This document shows, piece by piece, positions 17,692 to 29,537 of a DNA stretch of 64,000 bases. The notes beneath the pieces are model-generated. The model searched no databases. It saw nothing but the letters and a program-made list of their open reading frames with translations, and was not told where the DNA came from. Both the position numbers and the translations under genes were made by a program. Origin of the DNA: a virus; the IMG/VR virus record IMGVR_UViG_3300027869_000006, positions 45,769-109,768 of that record. One strand, given 5' to 3'. Every line of letters begins with the position of its first letter. Position 1 is the stretch's first letter.

Positions 17692-17720
17692 TTGACAAGC
17701 GGGTGCAGAGCTGATAGAAT
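17692..17720 (+). promoter_or_regulatory. Sigma70-type promoter
   Basis: TTGACA-17 nt-TAGAAT. Confidence 0.7.
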
Positions 17721-18027
17721 AGCCGAGGTTCCCATCCATTACATACATGCCCAGCATCGCCTCGTCTTCACAAGGGTGCTGGGCATGGTTATGTTGGTGC
17801 CGGTGGCAGGAAATGAGCCTGCGCCTCCGGGTTTGTAGCCCGGCGCTCTCTGAGCTTCACCGGCATAGGCTCTCCTCACCCCAGGTACAGGTAGAGGAAC
17901 GCGAGCACCGTGCGGAAGACGCCCCGCACAAACTCAGTAGGGATGCTATGCGGCCAGACGAGATACAGCAGAGTGAGAAGGATCAAGGTGATCCAGTACC
18001 AATAACGACGCAAAACTCCACGCATGG

Positions 18028-18537
18028 TTAGACTCCTTCCTGAGCAGGTGCTACTTCATCATTCAGTAGTTCAATACCTGCTTGTACGTATGCCTCTATC
18101 CAAGCAACTTCACGCCATCTAGGATTGACACCTTCATCGACAACTTCTAACGTTAACATCCAAGGAAGCATATGGGCATCTAAAATGGCTTGTATCCTAG
18201 CATGCTTGCGTTGATTATTATCAGAGAGCAAGAGGTGTTGCTTAAAACGAAGATAGAGGTTATTCGTCAATCCGATGTAGAAAACTTGATGGTCTCTTGG
18301 GTCAATGATCCCATAAATCACAGTGACATTTTCTTGGTAATATGCCCCTGTATTACCAGTAGATGCTATGCGACTATTGACACGATCCGATTTGTGACCA
18401 TCATAGAAGGAAAGTTTTTTAATGGGGTGCTTGCCATCCTGGGCATGAGGTGATAGAGTTGTCACGATGCATCTCCGATCTTTAGTCAGATGTATCAACC
18501 GTCTTGAAGGCGTACTCTCGCCTTCAAGACATAACAA
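18028..18537 (-). CDS. GIY-YIG nuclease
   Basis: VIYGIIDP...FYIGLT...RFKQH...REVAWI...LLN; start uncertain. Confidence 0.8.
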   Translation of the reverse strand: MLCLEGESTPSRRLIHLTKDRRCIVTTLSPHAQDGKHPIKKLSFYDGHKSDRVNSRIASTGNTGAYYQENVTVIYGIIDPRDHQVFYIGLTNNLYLRFKQHLLLSDNNQRKHARIQAILDAHMLPWMLTLEVVDEGVNPRWREVAWIEAYVQAGIELLNDEVAPAQEGV

Positions 18538-18563
18538 TTTACCCTCTCATTCTATCACATCGA

Positions 18564-18929
18564 TCAAGCTCCCTCGGCTTCTGAGGCGATTTCATTGGCA
18601 ACCTCCGTTAATGGAAAATCAAAGCCTTCTGTAGAACAGAACTGCCAGAGAGTGTTGACAAAGTCCCGCCTCACTTCGAGAGGCCACACGGTAATATCTA
18701 CGTCCTCTACCTCAGCCATTTCAGAGGCAAAGGCGTGAAACTGTTCAGGGGTACATGTCTCAACATCAAACGTTTGTTCCTGTCCTTCGAGACTGAAGGT
18801 CAATCGGTGCAGGTCCATGAGACTGAACTTTTTTATGTTTGCGGACTTTGCGGAAGTATTCTGGATATTCCCGTCGGTAGTATCGTCGCATTTGGTCTGA
18901 GACGTAGTTGTCATGAGGCCATACTCCAT
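18564..18929 (-). CDS. Hypothetical acidic protein
   Basis: ORF track, protein-like composition; start uncertain. Confidence 0.5.
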   Translation of the reverse strand: MEYGLMTTTSQTKCDDTTDGNIQNTSAKSANIKKFSLMDLHRLTFSLEGQEQTFDVETCTPEQFHAFASEMAEVEDVDITVWPLEVRRDFVNTLWQFCSTEGFDFPLTEVANEIASEAEGA

Positions 18930-19593
18930 TTCTAGACTGAACGAACGTTAATAAATCGATCACTTCTGCCTCTGTACGCTGTCTCCCCTTCTTCCCTTTA
19001 AACTGCATTTTTTTTGGCAGTTTATTCGCAGTCGGCGCGGGTGAAAAAATTAACGAAAAATTATCATCTTGAGGCGGCGGTGTTAAATTCTCATTAATTT
19101 TTTCATTTTCAGGGTGTTTAACGAGCGTTAATTCTTTTTCATTAACAGGCGTTAAACTTTTTTCTTCTGGCAAGCGTGGAAGAATGAACGGGTGCCTGGA
19201 ACGCCCAACTTCCGGTTTCGGTGCGGAAGCCTCGTGCGGAACTTCCGGTACAACCGAATGTACGATATGAATCTCACGTACCGGGTGCTGCTCCATAATA
19301 TGTACAAGGTGAACAGGTTCCGTCTGTTGTTCCACTGGCCGGAATGGTGGTACGACCGGTCGAGGAGGGGGCAGAGGTTCCCGTTGCGGCCGTGGTGCTG
19401 GGTCGAACGTGCGCTCCTGGACCGGACGTGCGGGTGGGTGGGTCAGAATGTCCGGTCTGCGTTCGGGGCCTCGGCCTTCCTCTCTTTCCAGCGGTGTTAG
19501 TTCCGGTGGCCGTTCTGGTGGCTCAGTTGGTCGGCCTGGCTCAACTGAGCGTCCTGAAAATCCCGTTGTCCAGTCTCCCGTGTGCGTTTCCAT
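18766..19593 (-). CDS. Pro-rich protein with possible C-terminal DNA-binding region
   Basis: Overlaps the end of the upstream gene; basic helical C-terminus. Confidence 0.45.
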   Translation of the reverse strand: METHTGDWTTGFSGRSVEPGRPTEPPERPPELTPLEREEGRGPERRPDILTHPPARPVQERTFDPAPRPQREPLPPPRPVVPPFRPVEQQTEPVHLVHIMEQHPVREIHIVHSVVPEVPHEASAPKPEVGRSRHPFILPRLPEEKSLTPVNEKELTLVKHPENEKINENLTPPPQDDNFSLIFSPAPTANKLPKKMQFKGKKGRQRTEAEVIDLLTFVQSRNGVWPHDNYVSDQMRRYYRREYPEYFRKVRKHKKVQSHGPAPIDLQSRRTGTNV

Positions 19594-20354
19594 GTCTCCG
19601 GCTTGAAGATGTTGTGTGCCATGCCTGTGGCGCGTTCATGCTGCTGCCGGGCTTCTTCATCAATGCGGCGGCGGACAAGTTCTTGTGTCGTTCTTTCCGC
19701 TTCCTCTTGTTCCTGGGCGCGGCGGCGTCGCTGCTCTTTCAGGTACTTTTCCTCCGCGACTTCCTCAACGGCGGAGGTATCACCGGCGACGAACCGTGCC
19801 TTTTGTTCGGGTGTCATATCATCCATGTAGTCAATCGCGTCTTTGACCAGGGAATGGCCAGCCCGATGCTGTGCGGCCATGAGGTCGTACTCAACCGGGC
19901 GATTGACACTGGCGTGGATTACCTTGGCCTGTGCATAGGCATACCAGAGGGCCAGACCACCGAAGACGCCGACGACGGTCGCTTGCAGATACTGCCCCTG
20001 GCCGATGACCACCAGGCAGCGGAAGGCGAGGGAGGAGACTTCCAGCCCACCGACAATCCACTGGATCGCCTTCCAATTGCGCAGATACGAACCATCACCC
20101 TTCGTGGTGGCCTCATAGGCGTTGACATGCTCCCGCATGTACTCCCCAAGCACAAAGGCTTGAAATGCCGCGCCAAAGATGAAGAGGGCCAGTATCCACG
20201 CGCCAATCGTCTGTCCACTTTTCCCGAGCACGATCTCGCCCAGGAACCCACCCAGCAGCAGCGCTCCGAAGGCAAACAGGCCGTGGACGACCAGTTCGAC
20301 GATGATGGCCCATGCCAGGGAGACATGCTCATTGTGCAAAAGTTTCACGTTCAT
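19497..20354 (-). CDS. Four-TM membrane protein with coiled-coil C-terminus
   Basis: Four hydrophobic segments, then a charged helix. Confidence 0.65.
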   Translation of the reverse strand: MNVKLLHNEHVSLAWAIIVELVVHGLFAFGALLLGGFLGEIVLGKSGQTIGAWILALFIFGAAFQAFVLGEYMREHVNAYEATTKGDGSYLRNWKAIQWIVGGLEVSSLAFRCLVVIGQGQYLQATVVGVFGGLALWYAYAQAKVIHASVNRPVEYDLMAAQHRAGHSLVKDAIDYMDDMTPEQKARFVAGDTSAVEEVAEEKYLKEQRRRRAQEQEEAERTTQELVRRRIDEEARQQHERATGMAHNIFKPETWKRTRETGQRDFQDAQLSQADQLSHQNGHRN

Positions 20355-21075
20355 TTCCTTCCTGTACCGTGTGTCTGGTACACTTCCGAAGAGGGAGATG
20401 ACCTTGACGCATCAAAAGTCGCAAGGTCACTCCCTTCTGTGCGTCTATGAATTGACAGACTACTTCAACACTGTTGGCGAGACTGCCAACAACAAGAGAA
20501 TGACCACCGCGAGCAGCACAAGCAGGAGGACCATATTTCCGGCCTGCGTACTCTGCCGACTGCGGTGGGAACGATGCTTCCGGTATCTCGTTCCGAATGT
20601 ATTCCAACTTCTGGGTGGGATATATGGCATACTCCTCCTCCTCCTTATGCCTGCCATTCTGCGTGGAAGGCGACGGCTGTGCGCCAGCCCGCGAGAAAGC
20701 CCTGGGCGAACTCCTCTTCTGGATCGAGATAGGCCCATCCCCGTGCGAGCAGTTCGTCACGAATGCGATGGGCTTCCGCCAGAATAGTGTCAGAATCGAC
20801 TGCTTCCAGGGGGTTGCTCTGCTGGTTCGCCTGCTCCCCACCGGCGACGACCCCGCGATACTCCGCTGTCATGGCCATCTCTCCCTCCTTTCTTCTCTAG
20901 GAAAAGTAGAACAAACGGTCTATAAAATGTCCTTATTTACAGAGTTGCTTGACGTATGACAGTAGTACATGGTATAGTAGAAACGTAGACAGTGTATAGT
21001 GTAAGTGATACTCTGCCCTTTGTCAAGAGAAGAGGAAATCAGGTCTATCATTTCACAGAAGCGAATGAGGAATGT

Positions 21076-21942
21076 ATGCCAGAACTGCATGGGCAACAGC
21101 GGTCTCGTGGTCATATCAAGACCGCTCCACCCGGATTTTATACAGCATCACAGGCGATGAAGTTACTCGGTCTGGATCGACGATCATTTTACAATTATGT
21201 CAATGCTGGGAAAATCAAGAAGCATATTCCCCCACTTAAAGTTGAGGGATTTTATTTAAAGAAGGAGATCGATCAATTGGCTGCTGAAATCGCTTTATTC
21301 TTTTCTACCCACGAGGAAGAGGAATCCCATACTGAAACACACATCGCAACCCCAGAAGATGCACAGGGTATTTATGACGTGCTCGAGAGCATGGGATGGA
21401 GGACAGCGAGTGTTGAGCAGCGCAAGAGGTGGTACCGAGCGAATCCACAGATCGACTATGTGGTCACTTCTAATGGGATCGTTCAAGGATACGCCGTGGC
21501 CATCCCTTACACTCCCTCTGCGCTCTTTGCCATTATGCATGGGGACAAACGAGCCTGGGATATGACCCCCGCTGATATTCTCCCCTACCAGGCTGGCCGA
21601 ACCTATGACGTCTATACTGGTATTGCGACGAGGAAAGATAGCCCGCGCCGTACCTGGATCGGGTTCCGTTTGATCGCCGGGTTCCTCTCTTTCCTGGAAG
21701 AGTTGGCGACCCGGCAAGGAGTCTACATCCGACAACTGTGCGCCGTCAGCGCGGAGGAGGACGGCAAGAAACTGTGCCATGCTCTTGGCTTTGTCGAACA
21801 ACCCGATGAACCAGAGGATGATCATTTTCCCGATACGACGTGGAAACGCTATATACTTAACCTGGAAACCTCTGATTCATCCTTTGCCCTGCGCTATCGG
21901 GAGGCCGTTCGTCAAGCAAACGGGTCGGCAGGAGCGTCGTAG
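21076..21942 (+). CDS. MerR/excisionase-type HTH fused to a GNAT-like domain
   Basis: YTASQAMKLLGL...YVNAGKI...YLKKEID HTH; C-terminal IATPED...EDGKKLCHALGF acetyltransferase-like motif. Confidence 0.65.
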   Translation: MPELHGQQRSRGHIKTAPPGFYTASQAMKLLGLDRRSFYNYVNAGKIKKHIPPLKVEGFYLKKEIDQLAAEIALFFSTHEEEESHTETHIATPEDAQGIYDVLESMGWRTASVEQRKRWYRANPQIDYVVTSNGIVQGYAVAIPYTPSALFAIMHGDKRAWDMTPADILPYQAGRTYDVYTGIATRKDSPRRTWIGFRLIAGFLSFLEELATRQGVYIRQLCAVSAEEDGKKLCHALGFVEQPDEPEDDHFPDTTWKRYILNLETSDSSFALRYREAVRQANGSAGAS

Positions 21943-24900
21943 GTCCGCCCTTCCTCCAAGACTCGCTTCACTCTCTCCCAAACCATATCACAAAACTCTT
22001 CCATTGAACTCTCTGGAAAGAGCACCGCCTTGTCATGGTCTACCAGGAAGTTCAACATCTGGGCAATGGACAAGAGTGGCAAGGACACCCGTACCCACGC
22101 GCCTTCTTCCAGCGTGACAAACTCTGCTGGTCCTTCCAGCAACCGCGTCGAGGACCATTCCGCCAACTGTAATCGTGCCGTATGCGAGAGACTTGCGACT
22201 TGCTCCTGGGTAATGTGTTGTTTCATGACTGTCTGTTCCTTCCTTGACCCGAAGGTCATCTTCTGTGTTCAAAATAAAAAGAGAGAGAGATTCTGGGTAG
22301 GGTGGCACGGCTGCTGGTCGCATGTGTAGCCTCTGAATGGCTATAGGCAATGTTGGGGTGTCCTGATGACCGCTCATGCTCTGCTCCTGTTCCATCTCCA
22401 CCACAGTGTTCCGCTAATGACGAAGAGACAAAACAATGCCGCACCTATCGGCGGGAGACTCACCGCGAGGATGAAGGCCACCAGTACCAGCATAATGAGG
22501 AAGCCACCGGTGACGAGTTGGAGAAAAGCACACAGGTACTCTCTCATGGTGTGCTCTCCCCTTCGTCATGGGCAACCGCTTCCCGATAACAACGGTTGAG
22601 GTGTGCTATGCCACGCTCCTTCTCAGCATCAGACAATGCCGCATCTTCACGAATCAGCACCATATTCTCGATGGTGTCATCTATACGCCTGATGCGACTT
22701 TCTAGCACGCGTAACTGTTGAGAAAGCCGGAAGTAGCGCACTGCGTGGAAGATAAGCAAGGGGAGCGAGAGACTGATTTGCATACCAAAAGGAATGATCC
22801 ATAACCACGGGAGATGATGCAGTTCTCCCTGCCATCCGAACAACGGAATGAGTGGCAGCATGGCAATGCATACCCACTGGAAGATGTCAGAGCGTTTGCG
22901 CTTCATAGCCGATATCTCTCTCACGAATGCCTCATTCCGTTCACTGCGGAGGCCATCACTTCTACCTGCGTGGTGAATTGTCTCTGTTGTTCCTCTTGGT
23001 ACTGCCTCTCTTGTTCGGCTGCTGATGCATCAAGCAGAAATGTACCCTGCTCCCATTCCTCATGAAGTCTACGAAGGAACTTCCGTTCGTCATAACGCAA
23101 GCGACTAATATCATCGCGCTCCTTGACGGGTAAGGTGTGATCTCCAAGTGGAGTCATACACTGTGTCTCCCAGAGATATGGGGGCGTAGAGCGTGCCTGC
23201 CCCCGTAGACGTTCTTCAAGCAGAGCCATTTTTGTCTGTGGCCGGAGCGATGGGCTAGGTCCTTCTTGTAGGGGTGCCGGTTGCTTTACTACAGGCGTCA
23301 CCGTGACATGCGGTTTATCGAGCCATCTCGTGATTTGTCCGACGCGAGCAATGGCAGTGATCCAGGTCTGTGGGTCGGTTAGATCAGATGCCTCATCTTC
23401 TTCGATGGCTCTAAGCAAGAGCCGACGGAAAATTTCAGCATCTACCTGAATAAGGAGTAATCCTTCGTACTTGCCCGTTGCCTGATTCAATGAGAGTATC
23501 GGGGGAGTTTCCTTGTGCTGACTACTCATGTGTTTTTCCTTTCCTGTTGTCCTGCTGTCGGTAGGATGTTCCCAAGATGTCCCCAGGATACTGCCGGAAT
23601 GTCCCCGGAATGTTCGACCAGGGTCACCACGATAATCTCCCTTGACCCAGGAATAATCGCCACCGTCTCCGGGGTGATGACTTCCCGTACCCGTACCGGC
23701 GTGGGGTACGTCGCAATGGTGACCTGAACCTGCGAAAATGCCATACCGTCTCCTGTCTAAAAGAGCGAGTGTTCCCACGATTGTTTCTTCGTCCTTCTCT
23801 GTTGTAGGGGCTTCTTACATAGAAAACCAGTCAGATGTCCCACAAGATACCTCTCTTTGATTTTCTATGCATGACACACACTACACACGTCAAAAACGCT
23901 ATGCGAGAAGATAGGCATCACTCTTCCCCAACGAACCGTTCCCGATTGGTTTCATGTGGGTGCTTTTTGCGCCATCGCCTCTGTGACTCGCCATCAATCA
24001 CAGAGATTACTTGTAAGTCACGTACAGCATATTCTTGCGCGATCTTCCCGAGAGAGAATTTGCTCCCAAAGAACAGTTCCCAAATTCTCTCGACATCGGC
24101 CTGTGTCAGCGTTGGCTCAATACGTTGATGTCCTTTTTCAAATGCCATGATTGTCCTGCTTCTTGTCCTGTCATTTCCGTATCCAAAAGTCATGCAATGT
24201 TTCTCGCTTGGGTGGAATGACGGCCAGTACTTCTGGTTCCGTCACTGCATACCACGTCCAAAAGCAGGTACAGAGCCATCTCTCCCGATCCTCGCAAAAA
24301 TCCCAATCTCTTCCATAACACCGAGCACAGGGTGGAAACTCATCAAGTCGTGCTGGCCACTTACCCGCCATAATCGTCTCCCTCATGGAGTAACGGATGA
24401 TCGACGAGCCAGTACTGCCCTTCTAACTCCGTCTCACATTCATTGCACCGTTCCCCATCCGCGCTTTCCAACGAGAGATGCGTACAGGTATACGTCTGGC
24501 AATTCGGGCAATAGAACACTTGATCGGTCGTCTGTGTATAGGGGGTAGATTTGCTACAGAGCTCACACAGCGTGTCATGTCCTCTCATACTCTTTCCCTC
24601 CTCAATTCCAAGCAGGCCAGTACATTATCCAGCCGGGCACACCATCCCTGGCGCACCGATGCCGCAAGGTGAAACATCTCTGGGTTGAGTTGCAAGCAGA
24701 GTTGCAATTCCCGTACGGTGAGCAGTGCCATCGAGACATTGGGCACCGGAGCGAACCGCAGATGGTGCGCAGGGATAGGCATATATTTCTTGTGGTTCAT
24801 ATGGTCATCTTCACCCCTTCTCGGCTTGCCGTCCGTTTGATGCGGCGCTTCCATTTCCACCGTGCCCGTTCGATGAACTTCCCATCCTCGCACCAGGAAG

Positions 24901-26893
24901 CCGTGCTCTCATCGAGAACGCAACACACGGAACATCCCCATTGGTGTTCCCAGAGGTGATGCGTGTTCAATTCAAGCAAGCCAATCGCTTGCTTGAGTGT
25001 GTAGTCAGGGATGGACAGGTGCTTTGTGTTGCTCATAGGTCTCTCTCTCCTACAACTTTTCCCTGCATAAATTGTTGGGCAGCAGGTTTCATTTCCCGTG
25101 CTTCAACCCGACTAATATGGGCTTTTCCAAAGGCAGGGACACTATGAGAATAGAAGGTCAAGGCAAACAAGACGGCACTTTCACCATCATGCAACTCGAC
25201 GATATACTCTTTCAGTCCATACTCACCTCGCTTGGTCACAGTCAGTATCTTTATTTCTGGCGCGTCCTGTCCGCTCATCATCTCTCTCCTTCTCCAAACA
25301 ACGCAGGTTGGGAAATCGTTCCTACCTTCTTGAGTGGTTGTCCTTCAAGCACCCGCATGCCAACAACCGTTGGATGGAACTTCGCGACATGTACCCGCCA
25401 ACACGTCCCACACATGACGCCCCGATGTTCCTGCCCGAGTGTACCACCACAGAAATTGCAGCACCTGGCCATGACATTCGAGGACGTGGCAGTATCCCGA
25501 CAGGCAGAGCACACCAGTCCTTCGAGAAGGGTAGCCGCACAGTGGATACAAAAGTACTGCATCGTCTCTCTCCCTTGCTCATAGCAATGCTGATGCCAGC
25601 AGTTTCCTCGCATCAGCAGGCTTCGGCGGGGAGTACAACAACCACGCCTGCCCGTTCTCTGTCGTCGGCTCCATCACCGTCACCTCAACGCCCTCGCGTG
25701 CGAAGGTCTGCTGATACCCCGTCAGGTAGTGCTGTGTCTTAGTGACCAAGGTGAGGAACGGGACATGGAATGGCTCCACGTAATAGATACCACAGCCGCC
25801 ATCGCCACGTGGTACAACCACGAAGCCACTTTGCTCCTGTCCACGGTCGGTCGTCATGCGTTCCTTCCAGCCATCACGGAACAGGGTATCGCGCAAAATC
25901 TCACACAATTCTTTCCATCGTTCATGCATCAGAGCGTTGTCTCTCCTTTCCCTAGATGCCAGGCCGGGGTATGTTCCTGCCTGTCCAGTGCGACAAACTG
26001 CTGCGGGGTCGTGATCTCTGGCTTAACCAGTGCGCATAGCCCCAACTCCGGGTTGGACAGGCGGTGCCACTGGATCAGCGTGTAGTCGCCGCGCCGCACT
26101 CCATCAAGGACAACCGCGAGTTCCTGCTTTTCTTTGGTGTTGAGGAACTGCGCGAGCCAGTAGAGTTGGTGTTCCTTGCATGAGTAATCAACCTGGTGGA
26201 CGACGTAGTTCCCCACCATCTGTTCGCGCATAGTATGCTGCCAGATGGTGTCCTCAAGGGCGGTCATGTCGATAATACCCCCGCGCTCGAATGCCTCCTC
26301 GATCAGTCGCTTATCCTCGTACTCCTCGATCAGGAAGGCAGCAGGCCGCGTGCACTGGTGGCGTTTGCATCCCTGATGTGGGTCGGTGCAGGGTTTGATC
26401 CAGGCCAGGATGAGCGGCAAGTCCTCCTGGTGGGGGATGGTATGGGTCATAGGTCTCTCTCCCTCTCCTCTGGCTGCTTGCTCCAATCGTATGGCTCCCA
26501 CGTACCGTTCCAATCGGGCAAGGTCTCGCGCGTTGGGTAGATCAGGCCAAGGGCGACCCCATTGCATGATTCCCACCGTGGGCTCCCACGCTCATTCAGC
26601 GCCTGTGCTACGCGAAGTGTCCGCAACTCTGCATCCTCCCCATAGTAGACGCCATCAACAATCCGTGAGAGCACGCGATCATAGACCACATAGCCATCCC
26701 CGCTATTGTGCAAGTGAAGGGCGGCGAAGCGGCAGAGGCTAACTGAAGGCTCTCTCTCGTGGGGCAATTCTAATTGTAACTCAACCTTTACCCATACGTC
26801 ATGTCCTTTGTTAGGACGCTTGTAGAGTCGCAAGGACTCCTGGTAACGGGCAACACCATGCTCATCTGTAAGAATACCATCATGACTACTCAT
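21912..26893 (-). other. Run of about 12 small hypothetical phage genes (e.g. 21912-22226, 22544-22924, 22921-23529, 25033-25281, 25579-25929, 25929-26450)
   Basis: Tightly coupled minus-strand ORFs with GA-rich RBSs; several CxxC zinc-finger-like ORFs. Confidence 0.55.
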
Positions 26894-26895
26894 AG

Positions 26896-28308
26896 CTAGT
26901 CAACCTCTCTCTCTTCTTCAAAGTCATCTGCATAGGGTCGTGCTACATGCGGAGGTGGTGGGGCAATACCCATCACGGACAGTGGGAAGAACCGCGTTGT
27001 CTCCTCCTGGAAATAGAGGGAGAAGGTCTCCTGCGGTCCCATACGGAACTTGGCCACGATCAGTTCCGCGATGTGCGTTGGAGTATAATTCTGGCGTCCT
27101 TCCTGCCTGGCATAGTGATCCTCACGGTAGATAAACCACACGTTCGAGGCATCCTGCTCGATGGTACCGCTCTCTCTCAGGTCGGATAACTGCGGGCGCT
27201 TGTTGGAGCGCTTCTCGTTCTCCCGGTTCAGTTGCGCCAGCGCGAGCACGGGTCGGTCGAAGGTGCGGGCGAGAGCGAGCAACCCCCGGCTAATCGCGGA
27301 GACCTCCTGCACGCGGTTCTCATAGCGTTTGCCCTCCGTCTCAGGGGTACCAATGAGTGAGAGGTAGTCCACCACGATCAAATCGGGCATGTTCCCCTCA
27401 CTGGCCATGCGCTGTAATTTCATCTGCATACTCACGAGGGGGCTCCCGGTCGTGTCATCGATCCAGAGGGGGAGGGAGGCCAGTTCCATCCGGGCCGCGA
27501 TGATACGCTCCCACTCGTGATCCTCGATGTAGCCGTTGCGCAGCCGCACGGTATCTACCTTAGAGAGCATAGAAACAAGCTTCAGCCCAAGTGCCTCCGA
27601 CCCCATCTCCAGACTGAAGATGATCACCTTGTTCCCGCGTTTGGCCGCGTTATAGGCCATGCATACCCCTAGGGAGGATTTACCGAGTCCAGGACGGGCT
27701 GCCAGGATCGTGACCTCTTTCTTCTGTAAGCCATTGGTAAGCGTGTCCAGGTCATCGAAGCCCGTCGGCACGCCCAGGATGGTACCCCGATGCTCGTGCG
27801 CGTAGTCCAGGTTGGCCATCACGCGGTCAAGGATGAGGTCAATATGCTCCGGCCCCTTAGCTGAACACCGTAGCCCGATATCGAGCACTAACTGGTTCGC
27901 CTTCATCAGTGCCGTATCGGCATCCCCCTCCTCGTAGGCAATGGCCGCGATCTGGCCTGCCGCCCAGATGAGCCTGCGTAGGATGGCCGTGCGCTCCACG
28001 ATGCGCCCATAGTGCTCGACGTTTCCGCTCGTCGGAACGTGGTTGATCAATCCGGTGATGTAGGAGGCCCCACCTACGTCATCGAGCTTGCCGCGACGTT
28101 CCAATTCGTCACAGATCGTGATAAAGTCAGCAGACTCGTGTGCATTGAAGAGGGCGATGATCACCTCAAAGATGGCACGGTGGGCATCACGGTAGAAGTC
28201 CGCCGGGCGCAAGAAGTCACCCACCTGTAAGACGGCTTCCGGGTCAATGATGATGCTGCCAAGCACCCCTCGCTCAGCTTCGACATTCTGTGGGAGCATT
28301 TTTTCCAT
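26896..28308 (-). CDS. dnaB: Replicative DNA helicase
   Basis: LPQNVEAERGVLG, GVPTGF..LD, AARPGLGKS Walker A, FSLEM, VVDYL, LAQLNR, SDLRESGTIEQDA. Confidence 0.95.
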   Translation of the reverse strand: MEKMLPQNVEAERGVLGSIIIDPEAVLQVGDFLRPADFYRDAHRAIFEVIIALFNAHESADFITICDELERRGKLDDVGGASYITGLINHVPTSGNVEHYGRIVERTAILRRLIWAAGQIAAIAYEEGDADTALMKANQLVLDIGLRCSAKGPEHIDLILDRVMANLDYAHEHRGTILGVPTGFDDLDTLTNGLQKKEVTILAARPGLGKSSLGVCMAYNAAKRGNKVIIFSLEMGSEALGLKLVSMLSKVDTVRLRNGYIEDHEWERIIAARMELASLPLWIDDTTGSPLVSMQMKLQRMASEGNMPDLIVVDYLSLIGTPETEGKRYENRVQEVSAISRGLLALARTFDRPVLALAQLNRENEKRSNKRPQLSDLRESGTIEQDASNVWFIYREDHYARQEGRQNYTPTHIAELIVAKFRMGPQETFSLYFQEETTRFFPLSVMGIAPPPPHVARPYADDFEEEREVD

Positions 28309-29537
28309 TAGCCGCCCCCTTCCGCTTTCGCGGTATAGTGCGCACGGAGGGCGGCCATGCGCTGCGATCCCTCGGTTGGCCCTATGAGTGGAGGCGCGTG
28401 CCTAATGCCCTGCACCTTCGCCTTCTCAATTTTCTCCAATTGCTCTTTGATGGCCCCGGCAACCTCACAGATATCAATGCTCCGCTGACACCAATACTCA
28501 TCAATAGTCAACATGCGGGTACGGGCGGCAATCACCTCAGCCTGTGTATAGTTTTTCACCATGCGATAGGCACATGTATTCGCCTGGGCAATTTGCCGAT
28601 CCGTCAGTAACTCCTTGCCCCCGCGCCACATCTGGAAGAGGTGCAGGCAGGCAGGAACATCCCACTTCACGGGTGATGGGGCAGTAACAGGTACCCCATC
28701 CCGCAGGACCGTGTGCTTGATACCCCCTGTCGGTTGCAAGGAAGCCGCGAGCGACACAGCTACCTGCTTGTCCGTCGGTGGCCCTTCGTCTTCTCGCTCC
28801 TCTTCGGTCTCAGGTACAGGGGATGTATCTTCAAGAGGTGAGAGAGGGAGAACAGGCTCAAGTTGTGAAAATGTTGGAACAACCGGAATCTCTCTCTCTA
28901 AGTCTAAAGAAGATTCTGTAATAGATTCTAATAAGAGGTTAGAATTTTCAACCTCCCCAGGTTCAAAATCTGAAGGTGGGATGTCCGAATTTTCAACCTC
29001 CCCACTTTCTAAATTAGAACCTGGGAGGTTCGGAATTAGAACCTCCCCCCCACCTTCGGAATTAGAACCTCCCTTGAGGAAGAAGCTAAATGTATCCTTG
29101 GGTAACTGGCTCATTGCCTCTTGAATGAGTGGACGGTTGAGGGTATAGAGCGGCGCACCAAATTCCTCCCCTGGTTTACTCCGTGTATAAATCAATGTCT
29201 TCTTAATGAGGGAGTTGATAGCCAGGCGGAGCGTCGTCTTCGAGAGAGAAAGGGGATGCTTTGCTCCTACTTTTTTAGAGTCGAATCGGTAGAGTCGGGC
29301 CAGGATTTGTGTATAGGAGAGACGTACCCAGTAGACCTTTGGTTCAGGTGGGGGAGTGCGTTTTTCTTCAACTGCCTTCGCTACGCGGGTTTGCCAGTTC
29401 TCTTTCTGCTTGACCATATCATATTCAATGATACGCATAATCTTGGCTTCCAGTTCGTCCTGGCAAATGAGGACGAACTCAAGTCGCTCCATAAGAAAAA
29501 GGTTAAAGGGAAATTCAAAGACCGTTGCTTCACTCAT
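28308..29537 (-). CDS. Phage replication initiator with internal iterons
   Basis: Directly upstream of dnaB; wHTH-like LSKTTLRLAINSLIKKTLI; internal direct repeats. Confidence 0.7.
   Translation of the reverse strand: MSEATVFEFPFNLFLMERLEFVLICQDELEAKIMRIIEYDMVKQKENWQTRVAKAVEEKRTPPPEPKVYWVRLSYTQILARLYRFDSKKVGAKHPLSLSKTTLRLAINSLIKKTLIYTRSKPGEEFGAPLYTLNRPLIQEAMSQLPKDTFSFFLKGGSNSEGGGEVLIPNLPGSNLESGEVENSDIPPSDFEPGEVENSNLLLESITESSLDLEREIPVVPTFSQLEPVLPLSPLEDTSPVPETEEEREDEGPPTDKQVAVSLAASLQPTGGIKHTVLRDGVPVTAPSPVKWDVPACLHLFQMWRGGKELLTDRQIAQANTCAYRMVKNYTQAEVIAARTRMLTIDEYWCQRSIDICEVAGAIKEQLEKIEKAKVQGIRHAPPLIGPTEGSQRMAALRAHYTAKAEGGG
28935..29073. repeat. Iterons (putative replication origin)
   Basis: GAATTTTCAACCTCCCCA at 28942 and 28987; TTCGGAATTAGAACCTCCC at 29029 and 29055; AATTAGAACCT at 29012. 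Confidence 0.7.

Noticed and set aside
19344-20450. 368-aa plus-strand ORF
   Set aside because: Shadow of the minus-strand membrane protein gene
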